Positions 35,186-43,687 are shown, numbered from the stretch's first letter. The stretch: 64,000 nucleotides of DNA from a virus (IMGVR_UViG_3300042453_004886:96001-160000), one strand, 5' to 3'. Program-made: numbers and translations. Notes: a model not told the origin generated them from the letters alone.

Positions 35186-35803
35186 TTGTTTGAAAATCTT
35201 GATAAGCTACCACAGTTCCAGATTGGAGACCCCGTGGAAATAGAAGTTGACTTCTCAGAGTTCCCAGAAGAATACATTCAATTTGTTCGGGATCTTGTTC
35301 CGAATGACAATCTACTCAGAATCACTAAGATCGCCTCTGTGAGGTATGCAAACCACTTCAAGACCAGTCACGAAAGCAACTTCATAGCCTGGTACGAATC
35401 TCCCTTTTTCAATTCAGGTTCATACAGAGTTGGAATTTCTGGAAACATTGAAAAAGATTCAGAAATTTACAAGTCTTACATGAATGACAATTACTACTTA
35501 AAATACTTAATCAGTTTCATGTGCCAGGATGCAGAAACCTTGAAGCTCACAAAAATTCCTAAAGAAAACACCATTCTCAAATCTTTGGTTCGTGACATCA
35601 AAAAAAGATATCCTTCTAGAAAAGTTTGCATGGTGGATCCTAAGAACCTTATACTCGGAAAAGTGCATTGTGCAACTTGTAATTCTCCTGTAAAAAATCA
35701 TGACACAAACATGATTTGTGCAGCTACCTCCAAGAACAAGTTTAATTATTGGTACATTTGCAAAGACTTTAAGTCTTGCGAGTTTAAATCTGCACTTCTT
35801 TAG
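35186..35803 (+). CDS. Cys-rich Zn-binding protein, family 1
   Basis: VHCATC...WYICK...CEFKSALL block. Confidence 0.6.
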   Translation: MFENLDKLPQFQIGDPVEIEVDFSEFPEEYIQFVRDLVPNDNLLRITKIASVRYANHFKTSHESNFIAWYESPFFNSGSYRVGISGNIEKDSEIYKSYMNDNYYLKYLISFMCQDAETLKLTKIPKENTILKSLVRDIKKRYPSRKVCMVDPKNLILGKVHCATCNSPVKNHDTNMICAATSKNKFNYWYICKDFKSCEFKSALL

Positions 35804-35813
35804 GAGTTAAATT

Positions 35814-36311
35814 ATGAATGTAAGCATAGCTTCCTATATAAAAGAAAAACCGTACTTTATCCACAAAGATCATTTCCAAAGTCTAATCAATGATCTTTTA
35901 AGAGATATTGTAGATCTTGATGACGAAGTTCTAAGTAAGTATTCAGAGATTCAAAAACTTAATTACATTCTTTTCGAGATAAACTGGAAATGTAAGTTTG
36001 ACCCTGACTCAGGCCACATGACAGATTTAGATTTTTCTCCTGAAGAATACAACTGGTACAATAGCAAAATGCTCAACACATTTTTCAATTGTATAGCTCC
36101 GTATGTGAATGAAAACTGTTACATGATTGTTGAGTATGAAGAAGAGCTTGACGATAAAGTTATTTTTAGAAATAACAAATTTTATACTTACGAGCAGCAA
36201 GTGTTCTACCATCCAGAAGAAATCGTAGATGCTCTCATCAAGAAATATGGTGAAAGTTTTACTCTTGCTCAGATCATGGAAGCAATGAAACTCAAAGAAG
36301 CGATAGGGTAA
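35814..36311 (+). CDS. Hypothetical protein, family 2
   Basis: AGGAG SD; IKKYGESFTLAQIMEAMKLKEAI. Confidence 0.65.
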   Translation: MNVSIASYIKEKPYFIHKDHFQSLINDLLRDIVDLDDEVLSKYSEIQKLNYILFEINWKCKFDPDSGHMTDLDFSPEEYNWYNSKMLNTFFNCIAPYVNENCYMIVEYEEELDDKVIFRNNKFYTYEQQVFYHPEEIVDALIKKYGESFTLAQIMEAMKLKEAIG

Positions 36312-36315
36312 TCAA

Positions 36316-36825
36316 ATGCACAAAGTTTTTACAGCCATTGCGGCATCTCTTATGTTTCAAGGAGCAGCCTTTGCCGGGTCTATTGATGATCTGGATAACA
36401 AGTACGGCTTTCAAAGTTACAAGTTCGGCACAGCGCCGTCTAAGCACCTTCTGAGCAAAACCACAGAGCAGCTCCACGAACCCGGCGTAGACTGCTTCAT
36501 CTTGCACAACGTGCATGTGGCAGGAGTACCTCTAAAAGTCACGTTGTTCTATTACAAGAACAAGCTCATCATCGTTAACTTGGATACCGATAAAGATGCC
36601 AACGAGACTGTTCTACGCGTGTTCAGGCAAGCTTACGGAGAGCCCAGCTCCTCAGACGATCTCAATCACAACTACTCTTGGCTAGGCAACAGGGTTGCCT
36701 TGATCTATAAGTTCAACATCTTCAATAAAGAAACCCATATTACAATGGGTGAAATAAGTCTTGTAAGAGAAAAGTCAGCAGACGACGAGGTTGAACTTGA
36801 GAAGTCCTCAAAGGAAGATCTCTAA
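36316..36825 (+). CDS. Exported hypothetical protein
   Basis: Signal peptide ending AAFA-G. Confidence 0.6.
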   Translation: MHKVFTAIAASLMFQGAAFAGSIDDLDNKYGFQSYKFGTAPSKHLLSKTTEQLHEPGVDCFILHNVHVAGVPLKVTLFYYKNKLIIVNLDTDKDANETVLRVFRQAYGEPSSSDDLNHNYSWLGNRVALIYKFNIFNKETHITMGEISLVREKSADDEVELEKSSKEDL

Positions 36826-36967
36826 TAAAAACCAACTACCCCTTGAGACCTAGGTCTCAAGGGGTAGTCAGTAGCCTGACGTATCCTATAATGTTGTTTT
36901 TTATGCAGAACCTCTCTGCACGTCCTCAATGTAGCAAGTTGCCCCTCATGATGTCAAGGAGATTTGT

Positions 36968-37201
36968 ATGATTTCCAGTCAAACTTTGAATCACATCCAA
37001 AACCACATCTTGATTCTTGAGGAGCTTGGTATGCAAAACCTGACTCTTGAAGAAGCTCACAGGTTTGTTCCAGAAGAAGATAGAGTATTCCATCAGTTGC
37101 TTGTAGAATTGTTGGGAAAAGATACTCAGCTAAAAAGCGTAGTTTTTAAAGTTCAGCAAATCAACTACATTGTTGAAACAACTGCAGAGCTGTACAGCTA
37201 A
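36968..37201 (+). CDS. Hypothetical protein
   Basis: AAGGAG SD. Confidence 0.55.
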   Translation: MISSQTLNHIQNHILILEELGMQNLTLEEAHRFVPEEDRVFHQLLVELLGKDTQLKSVVFKVQQINYIVETTAELYS

Positions 37202-37237
37202 GTTTACTAAGTCTAAAAACTAATATAAAATAAACCC

Positions 37238-37495
37238 ATGCATGAATACCTTGAGTACGAATTCATATTGAAGTGCTTTGATTCAAAGTTTGAAAAGATT
37301 GAAAAGTTTTATGCATGGTACTTGTCAAGATTAGACTACGAGACAGACAAGCAAGATCTGATTAACTTTTACCTCAAGCACTTCCAAAAAAACCCAGAAA
37401 AAGCAGAGCAAATCTTTGAGTGCATGCGTAGTTCTTATGAAATCTTTAAATTCAAGAATGCAATCTTAAACGACATCAGTCTTGACAACGATTAG
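37238..37495 (+). CDS. Hypothetical protein
   Basis: ORF of 85 aa. Confidence 0.5.
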   Translation: MHEYLEYEFILKCFDSKFEKIEKFYAWYLSRLDYETDKQDLINFYLKHFQKNPEKAEQIFECMRSSYEIFKFKNAILNDISLDND

Positions 37496-37522
37496 CTAAA
37501 TAGCCAGAATTAGTTAAGTTAT

Positions 37523-37606
37523 TGGCAAGTACCCGAGTGGTAGCAGGGGGCGGACTGTTAATCCGTTTGCGAAAGCACGTCGTCGGTTCGAATCCGACCT
37601 TGCCAG
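37523..37606 (+). tRNA. trnN: tRNA-Asn(GUU) with long variable arm
   Basis: TGGCAAG/CTTGCCA acceptor with G73; CGGA-CTGTTAA-TCCG; extra arm TGC-GAAA-GCA; GTCGG-TTCGAAT-CCGAC. Confidence 0.85.
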
Positions 37607-37781
37607 CTTTAATCCCACAAATACAAATCAACAGCTCTTTGGGTAGTTTCAAGGTCCTGCCCAAAGATGCGGAAGGACTAGGCGAAAGCTGAATGGCTAC
37701 CCGCATGGATTCTGCAGGCGCAGAGGTATAAAAATGTAGCCAGACTGGAAGGAGCAGTCCTTCCAGTCGTCCAGCAAACTT

Positions 37782-38018
37782 TTGGAGGGATGCATGGAAA
37801 ATAAAACCTGGATTAACTATGACCCGCTTCGAAATGAATGGATTGACTCAGACGGAGTTGGTCACTACGATACCAGCAACAAGTTTACCGAGCACGGGTG
37901 CAACGGAGCTTGTACGCAAGAAGACTTCCCAGGGCGTAACAAGACACGTCAAGAGGCTATTCTGAAAGCCAAAAGCTTGGGTTTTACAAGGGGCACAAAT
38001 GAATATCTACGATTTTGA
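37782..38018 (+). CDS. Hypothetical protein
   Basis: GGAGG SD before ATG 37794. Confidence 0.5.
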   Translation: MEGCMENKTWINYDPLRNEWIDSDGVGHYDTSNKFTEHGCNGACTQEDFPGRNKTRQEAILKAKSLGFTRGTNEYLRF

Positions 38019-38126
38019 TAACTTGGAACAAATAGATTTTTACTACGATAAAACCAGAGACAATCATTTGACAGGTGACTGCACAGCGTCTAACTGCTTT
38101 TGGTGCAAGATTGAGAACACTAAAGA

Positions 38127-38318
38127 ATGACTATGCCAAAGATCTACAACTTTCTCGAAGACCTTATAGCGTCCTATGAAAGCTATGGTGAGGAGTACCC
38201 CTTTACCAATATCTGGTTTGAAGCTTTGGAAGTAGCTAGAAAACATGAGTACGTATCCGGACAGGTAAAAGAAGATCTCAAAGCCTTTCTGGAAGAGTAC
38301 AGAACTCTTAAAAAATAA
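38127..38318 (+). CDS. Hypothetical protein
   Basis: ORF of 63 aa. Confidence 0.45.
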   Translation: MTMPKIYNFLEDLIASYESYGEEYPFTNIWFEALEVARKHEYVSGQVKEDLKAFLEEYRTLKK

Positions 38319-38371
38319 GAGCATTTAAAATCTTGCACGGTAGAGTAGTAAGTGCTATCGTTCAAGAACTT

Positions 38372-38675
38372 GGAGGTATAGCTCAACGGTCAGAGCAGTG
38401 GACTCATCAATTGGTGCGCTATCAGGGAAACTTGATAGAGGAACAGGGTGAATTCAGGGGAACCTAAAGCGCAAGCAACGGCAATCCTGAGCCAAGCTTT
38501 CGGTACACCGAAAGAAGGTGCAACGACTAGTGGGTTTGAGTAAAGTCTCAAGTAATACCACCTCGAGCGCCCTGCACCCTAACGTAAAGTCGAGGGTGAA
38601 GAGATAGTCTAGCCCACAAGGAAACTTGTGATACGGCGAATCCATTGGTTTAGGGTTCGAATCCCTATGCCTCCA
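38372..38675 (+). tRNA. tRNA with CAU anticodon (Ile2 or Met), split by a group I intron
   Basis: Exon 1 38372-38407 (GGAGGTA...GTGGACTCAT) and exon 2 38639-38675 (AATCCAT...GGTTCGAATCC...TGCCTCCA) join into a canonical cloverleaf. Confidence 0.85.
38408..38638 (+). ncRNA. Group I self-splicing intron (231 nt, IC3-like) after the CAU anticodon
   Basis: P1 CAUC/GGUG with U.G at the splice site; P AATTCAGGGGAAC, Q AATCCTGAGC, R GCAACGACTAG, S AAGAGATAGTCT; terminal G. Confidence 0.88.
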
Positions 38676-38681
38676 CTTTCC

Positions 38682-38756
38682 GCCCTAGTAATGGCCACGC
38701 CTTCTAAGCGATAGGTGCATAGTTGGATAACGTAGGTTCGAGTCCTACCTGGGGCA
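38682..38756 (+). tRNA. tRNA-Arg(UCU)-like RNA with collapsed D-arm and extended variable region
   Basis: GCCCTAG/CTGGGGC acceptor; CGC-CTTCTAA-GCG; intact T-arm GTAGG-TTCGAGT-CCTAC; only about 10 nt in the D region. Confidence 0.5.
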
Positions 38757-38874
38757 CTTGTGTTATAATAAAAAAGATAAAACCCGCCAAGGCTATGCTC
38801 GAAAGAGTATCCTCAAACCGGCGGGTTACTTTTTATTTTGGGCCTGTTTCGTGTAAAATTGAAGGAGGTGTACC

Positions 38875-39099
38875 ATGAACTTTTATATTGACGAAGAAGA
38901 GGAATATATGGCAGATGCTAAATGCTGCTGTAGCGGTGGAGTTCTCCAGTTTCTAGTACCGGGCGATGGCCCTGGAGGGCTAGAGTACCACTGGGAATAC
39001 TGCGATTGCCCTGAAGGTAAAGCTGCTGCTCTAAGCGAGCTCAGAGCCCGTATTGAAACCAAAGACGAACAAGACTATAATTCTGACTTCCCATTCTAA
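38875..39099 (+). CDS. Small Cys-containing hypothetical protein
   Basis: AAGGAGGTG SD; CCC..YCDC; ends DFPF. Confidence 0.6.
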   Translation: MNFYIDEEEEYMADAKCCCSGGVLQFLVPGDGPGGLEYHWEYCDCPEGKAAALSELRARIETKDEQDYNSDFPF

Positions 39100-39171
39100 G
39101 CACTCGTAAGTTGTAGCTCCCTCTCTCACCCCGGACTTCTACAATATTGATTTTGAATTTTAGGAGTTAAC

Positions 39172-39414
39172 ATGCAACATCTTTCTGACATTCTTCATCC
39201 AAATGCTTTGATTCTCCATGTTGACGACAACTACCTCATTACCTGGAATCGTTCTGCTACAGTCAATGTCTGGTCTTTCAATCCTAAAAACTGGATCTGG
39301 ACCAACATCGACGCCTTCAGCGTAGAGCCTGAAGATGAAGAAGCAGCACGACGCAATGCTTTTCTTTGGATTGAAAAAACTACAGGATTTGTAGTTCCTC
39401 TTGGATTAGGCTAG
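39172..39414 (+). CDS. Hypothetical protein
   Basis: AGGAG SD. Confidence 0.6.
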   Translation: MQHLSDILHPNALILHVDDNYLITWNRSATVNVWSFNPKNWIWTNIDAFSVEPEDEEAARRNAFLWIEKTTGFVVPLGLG

Positions 39415-39486
39415 ACATTCTACACCAACTACACTAGTGTAGTTGGTGTATTCCGCCCTCATGGTGAAATGGCAAAGGCTTACTAG

Positions 39487-39954
39487 ATGGAAGATAACGT
39501 AAAAGTTTACGGTCCTTACACTAGAAGTGACGGCAGACAGCATGTTATCTTAGTGTCTGGTAGCCTTCGCCGAACCGTTTCCTACCCAAAATACCTAATG
39601 GAAAAACATTTAGGTAGGGAGCTAGACCCAAATTTAGAGACAATTGATCACATTGACAGAGATTTTACTAACAACTCTTTAGAAAATTTAAGAGTTATAC
39701 CCAGGTCTAAACATTCATGTGAAGACCAGAAAAGAGTAAAACTTCTAACAGGAAACTGTTTAATGTGCAGTAAAGTAGTAGAAAACATTAAACCGTCTAA
39801 AGCTAGAAGAGACAAAAAAGCAGGAAAAGCTGGACCATTTTGTTCAAAACAATGCATAGGTAAATACGGATCATATCTTCAAAATAAGAAAGTTGAAAAA
39901 TTTAATAATGACTTAGACACAACGTCAGAGTATTTTTATTTAGACAAAATTTGA
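39487..39954 (+). CDS. Free-standing HNH homing endonuclease
   Basis: TIDHIDRDFTNNSLENL..IPRSKHS HNH motif; C-terminal CxxC...FCSKQC Zn finger. Confidence 0.85.
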   Translation: MEDNVKVYGPYTRSDGRQHVILVSGSLRRTVSYPKYLMEKHLGRELDPNLETIDHIDRDFTNNSLENLRVIPRSKHSCEDQKRVKLLTGNCLMCSKVVENIKPSKARRDKKAGKAGPFCSKQCIGKYGSYLQNKKVEKFNNDLDTTSEYFYLDKI

Positions 39955-39959
39955 TTTTA

Positions 39960-40243
39960 GCCCTCATGGTGAAATGGCAGACACTAGCGACTTTTAAATG
40001 AGCACTTATACAGAAATGTATATTTGAATGAACTCAAATTCGGTGAAAGCTTAACTGCCAACGCCGAGCCAAGCTGGATTTATCCAGAAGGTGTAGAGGC
40101 CAGACGGGTTCCATCTGACTGGAGTTTAACTCTAAAAGATGAAGGCATGGTCCAGACCACAAACGTTTTTACGGTAGCGAAAGCTATAGTGGTAAGAAAA
40201 TCGCTTGCTTTTTAGCGTCCCGGTTCGAATCCGGGTGGGGGCA
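39960..40243 (+). tRNA. trnL: tRNA-Leu(UAA) split by a group I intron
   Basis: Exon 1 39960-39993 and exon 2 40197-40243 give AGCGA-CT^TAA-AA-TCGCT (split after U34), a variable arm and a T-arm. Confidence 0.88.
39994..40196 (+). ncRNA. Group I self-splicing intron (203 nt) in the U^AA position
   Basis: P1 CUU/GAG; P AAATTCGGTGAAAGC, Q AACGCCGAGCC, R GTGTAGAGGCCAGAC, S AAGGCATGGTCC; terminal G. Confidence 0.85.
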
Positions 40244-40247
40244 CTGT

Positions 40248-40336
40248 GGAAGCGTGATGTACGGTGCATCGGACGTCTTATAAGCGTCAGCGCCCCAGAT
40301 AAGGGCCGTGACTGGGTTCAACTCCCAGCGCTTCCA
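40248..40336 (+). tRNA. trnI: tRNA-Ile(UAU) with long variable arm
   Basis: GGAAGCG/CGCTTCC; GACGT-CTTATAA-GCGTC; extra arm GCCC-CAGATAA-GGGC; CTGGG-TTCAACT-CCCAG. Confidence 0.75.
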
Positions 40337-40351
40337 CCTCTTTGAGGTTTT

Positions 40352-40540
40352 ATGAAAATCATTATCGACAAAGAATTACTAAGCTATACAGGGGATCCAA
40401 GATACGAAATCCTGATTAAAAATGACGAAGTCCTTGTATACGACTTGGCTTACAGCGATAATTCAGATAAATTTATAGTACACAGGCTGTACTTAGGCGG
40501 CAATGAATGCGACAGCAAAGATGGATCCTATCCGGCCTGA
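40352..40540 (+). CDS. Hypothetical protein
   Basis: GAGG SD. Confidence 0.5.
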   Translation: MKIIIDKELLSYTGDPRYEILIKNDEVLVYDLAYSDNSDKFIVHRLYLGGNECDSKDGSYPA

Positions 40541-40941
40541 AAAGAGCTTTTGTCTCTCAACATCCGCATTACAAGATGTCAGCAATTATTACCAAGGGCG
40601 GGAGGGTTATCTCTATTGGGTTTAACCGAGCGCCTTCTGGTTATTTAAAATCAAAACTATTTTGTGATTTTCATGGTGTTCACGCTGAAGTGGATGCCAT
40701 ATTAAACTGCTCAGATAAAGAAGATCTCAAGGGTGCAGAGATGTACGTGGTGGGTAGAAGACCTCGTACGGGTGCTTTGATTCTCAGCAGACCTTGTGAA
40801 CTTTGTCAGAAATACGTAGAGAATTTTGGACTAAAAGCTATTTACTACCATGACTCCGATGGCAAAATAAAAGACCTCTACTCAAACGATGAAAACATAA
40901 CGCATATTTGCAAAAGTCATTTAGATAAAAAATCCAGCTAA
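40507..40941 (+). CDS. Zinc-dependent cytidine/dCMP deaminase family protein
   Basis: HAE...PCELC deaminase motif; SIGFN. Confidence 0.8.
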   Translation: MRQQRWILSGLKRAFVSQHPHYKMSAIITKGGRVISIGFNRAPSGYLKSKLFCDFHGVHAEVDAILNCSDKEDLKGAEMYVVGRRPRTGALILSRPCELCQKYVENFGLKAIYYHDSDGKIKDLYSNDENITHICKSHLDKKSS

Positions 40942-40969
40942 GTTTTACTTTTAAAGTTAGGGGTACAGG

Positions 40970-41353
40970 ATGACTGCTCGAAAACAAGGGATCAGTCAGA
41001 TTGAGATTGAGTCTCTTCGGTCTCGATTTGAGGAGGTATACTATTACCTCAGGCAGCGAACAATTGATGTCTTCAAAGCAAACAACGCGCTTATAGAGGC
41101 TGAAAAAGCCTTGGAAGAAGCTACTGATGCCATTCTGGTAAAGTACGCAGACGACCCCAAAGCACTTGGCTCAAGCGAGGTATACCGAAAAGCCAAGATT
41201 GCTGAAATGACGGTCAATGAAAGAGAAGAAGCAAGACAAGCTGAACGAGCTGTCCAGCTAGCCAAACACAATGTAGAAATTGCCCGCCTCGACGTTGAGG
41301 CAGCAAGAGCCAATCTTCGCTGCGTAGAAGCTATTATTTCACTCAACACATAG
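40970..41353 (+). CDS. Coiled-coil hypothetical protein
   Basis: Heptad-rich, Ala/Glu-rich. Confidence 0.6.
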   Translation: MTARKQGISQIEIESLRSRFEEVYYYLRQRTIDVFKANNALIEAEKALEEATDAILVKYADDPKALGSSEVYRKAKIAEMTVNEREEARQAERAVQLAKHNVEIARLDVEAARANLRCVEAIISLNT

Positions 41354-41364
41354 GGAGAACTAAA

Positions 41365-41562
41365 ATGACCCAAGCAACTCTTGTAAATACTGCTGTATGC
41401 GGAGAATGCGAAGCCAAAATTGAGCACAGCGTGTGCTTCAACAAGGCTGGTTATTACATCGGTACTTTTTGTGATTGCGGGCCTTACTCCCAGTACTCTG
41501 GTTATTACAAAGACTACGATTCAGCTTTGTTTGCCCTTGTAACGAAAAACTATAAAGCATGA
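41365..41562 (+). CDS. Small Cys-rich protein
   Basis: CGEC...CDCGPYS; GGAG SD. Confidence 0.6.
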   Translation: MTQATLVNTAVCGECEAKIEHSVCFNKAGYYIGTFCDCGPYSQYSGYYKDYDSALFALVTKNYKA

Positions 41563-41756
41563 ATGGTGATGCTGCAGAAGCTTATTATCTTCTTGCTGTT
41601 TGGGCTGTTAATCCAAATAAGCCAATTCTTACTCTGACTGAAGAAGATACTGAAAACATGAAAGCACTTCTTAAAGACTACAAAGAGTGCAAGAAAAAAC
41701 TGAAAGAGATACAAAATCTTTTGCTTCAAGATAGTTTTAAAAAAGCACTCATTTGA
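41559..41756 (+). CDS. Hypothetical protein
   Basis: ATGA overlap. Confidence 0.5.
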   Translation: MNGDAAEAYYLLAVWAVNPNKPILTLTEEDTENMKALLKDYKECKKKLKEIQNLLLQDSFKKALI

Positions 41757-41847
41757 CCAAGGCCATTTCTAATTAGATTAGATACTGAACTGTCCAATAT
41801 TATTGGACAGTTCAGTATTCGTTACTTAAAAACATGGAGTCATACTA

Positions 41848-42051
41848 ATGGAAAACCAAGCTTACAAATGGCTGAACGCGTGGGTTGAGAGCGGATCTGA
41901 TTGGGACGACGGCTCTGACGCCGGGATTTGGGATCTTTACCGAAGCAGTTTTTGTTCAGACTCTGTTGACTACGTCGGTTTTAGAAAAGACATAAAACAG
42001 CTTTTGGACGACGCTGAAGCAGGCCGCAAGCTAAGGGAGGAACAGGGATGA
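41848..42051 (+). CDS. NQAYKWL-family small protein, copy 1
   Basis: Paralogous to 42767, 42993 and 43193. Confidence 0.7.
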   Translation: MENQAYKWLNAWVESGSDWDDGSDAGIWDLYRSSFCSDSVDYVGFRKDIKQLLDDAEAGRKLREEQG

Positions 42052-42251
42052 CCAGGCAGGAATCTGCGCAGCAGGAAATCTGGGAGCTGATCGAGGACAT
42101 CATCTCCGACTGGGCAGCCCGGGACCGGCAGGTAGGCGCTTACATTAGCAAGACTCTGATGACAAAGCTTGAGCGGCTCCTGGACGAGGCGAGCGACTGG
42201 ACTGATGGGGGCATGAGCATTGTTGAGGTGAGTAGTGAAAAAGGTGCATGA
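42048..42251 (+). CDS. Hypothetical protein (GC-rich codons)
   Basis: GGAGG SD; ATGA overlap. Confidence 0.55.
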   Translation: MTRQESAQQEIWELIEDIISDWAARDRQVGAYISKTLMTKLERLLDEASDWTDGGMSIVEVSSEKGA

Positions 42252-42410
42252 AATAAACACCGCAAAAGGAATTACCTACTGTGGTCTTAAAATAACAGAA
42301 AAAGTAACTGTTGCAAGCAGTGACGAGGAATGGATAAAAGCAGAAGACGAGGATCAGTGTTGTAAAAAATGCGAATTGCTCACTGAGCCGAGTTACAGGG
42401 AATAATAGCA

Positions 42411-42620
42411 ATGAGATACACTGTTTGCTACGGAATAACTGGATCTGGATCAGTTGAAATAGAAGCAAACTCACCTAAAGAAGCCATTAGTAAAGCTATG
42501 AGAAGCGCTGGACCTTCTTTATGTCACGAGTGCAGTCGTGAAATTTCCGATCCTGAGATTGATCCAGATAACATTTCTGTATTTGACGAAACAGGTGAGC
42601 AAATATACGTCGATGACTGA
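42411..42620 (+). CDS. Hypothetical protein
   Basis: SVEIEANSPKEA pattern; CHEC. Confidence 0.55.
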   Translation: MRYTVCYGITGSGSVEIEANSPKEAISKAMRSAGPSLCHECSREISDPEIDPDNISVFDETGEQIYVDD

Positions 42621-42766
42621 AAAAGTCTGTGCAACCTGTATGTATGGTGACGGCGTGATATGGCAAGGAATGAGCCGGTACGCTTATGCTTGCTATTTAG
42701 AGCCACGAATTCCGTTTTCAGAAAATAAAAAGCCTACTCATACTTGTGAAAAATGGGAGAAAAATC

Positions 42767-43000
42767 GTGAATAACCAAGCTTACAATTGGCTTATGGATT
42801 GGGTAGACGAAGACTGCGGATATTTTCTTGCGGACCATTATGCAGGCGTAGTGTATCTTGGTTTAGCGACAGACTCTTTGAAGTCAGAAGACTACACCAA
42901 ATTTAGAAAGTCCATGTGTCAACTTCTTGAAGATGCTGCTCACGGTCGCCGTGAAAGAGAGAAAATGTGGCGCGACCTTGGGGAGAGTAACAATGAATAA
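42767..43000 (+). CDS. NQAYKWL-family small protein, copy 2
   Basis: GTG start; NNQAYNWLMDW. Confidence 0.7.
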   Translation: MNNQAYNWLMDWVDEDCGYFLADHYAGVVYLGLATDSLKSEDYTKFRKSMCQLLEDAAHGRREREKMWRDLGESNNE

Positions 43001-43196
43001 CCAAGCTTACAAGTGGCTGAACGAATGGGTCGAAAGCGGCGGCGGCTGGGCCCTCGACTCGAACGCCGGGGTCTGGAGCCTCTACCTGAACGCCGCGCGC
43101 TCGTACTCCATCGGCTGCGTCGGGTTCCGCGACGACATGCGCCAGTTGCTGGCGGACGCCGAGGCCGGGCGGAAGCTGAGGGAAAGTCAATTATGA
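42993..43196 (+). CDS. NQAYKWL-family small protein, copy 3
   Basis: MNNQAYKWLNEW; GC-rich codons. Confidence 0.7.
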   Translation: MNNQAYKWLNEWVESGGGWALDSNAGVWSLYLNAARSYSIGCVGFRDDMRQLLADAEAGRKLRESQL

Positions 43197-43384
43197 ATAA
43201 CCAAGCTTACAAGTGGCTTCAAGAGTGGCTAGACTACGGAGGATTCTGGGATAACGACACGTTTGGTGGTGCATGGGATTTGAGTTTGTACGGCTGGAAA
43301 GCAGATACATACGACATCCTTACCTTCCGTGAAGACATGGAAAAGCTACTAGATATAGTCAAAAAAGGAATAGAAACTCATTAA
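43193..43384 (+). CDS. NQAYKWL-family small protein, copy 4
   Basis: MNNQAYKWLQEW. Confidence 0.7.
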   Translation: MNNQAYKWLQEWLDYGGFWDNDTFGGAWDLSLYGWKADTYDILTFREDMEKLLDIVKKGIETH

Positions 43385-43399
43385 TAAAAGAGGTCTGCA

Positions 43400-43687
43400 A
43401 TGGAAAACTTTCTTGAATCTTTGAAATACATGGCTGAACACGGTGGACGTTGGTTTGGCTACAAGGAAGACAACAAGGAATGGGAGCTTGCTCTAGAAAA
43501 CGATAACCTTCATCACTTCATGGGATTTACTCAGTCCGATGTTAAAGAGTTTCTTGAACATTACAAATCCACGATAACAAACCAAAAGTTATCATGCAAA
43601 GAAAACGATATTGTATCCTTCTTTGGGACTTGGCCTGGCAATGAAACAGACGAAGAGCTTCTTAAAATGCTCAAAGATCTTGATTAA
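43400..43687 (+). CDS. Hypothetical protein
   Basis: GAGG SD. Confidence 0.55.
   Translation: MENFLESLKYMAEHGGRWFGYKEDNKEWELALENDNLHHFMGFTQSDVKEFLEHYKSTITNQKLSCKENDIVSFFGTWPGNETDEELLKMLKDLD

Noticed and set aside
37641-37702. Hammerhead ribozyme or tRNA
   Set aside because: No CUGANGA core and no T-loop/anticodon architecture. Kept only as an unassigned ncRNA candidate.
40024-40215. 63-aa ORF as an intron-encoded endonuclease
   Set aside because: It runs through the ribozyme core and exon 2 and has no nuclease motif. The minus ORF 38454-38645 is similarly spurious.
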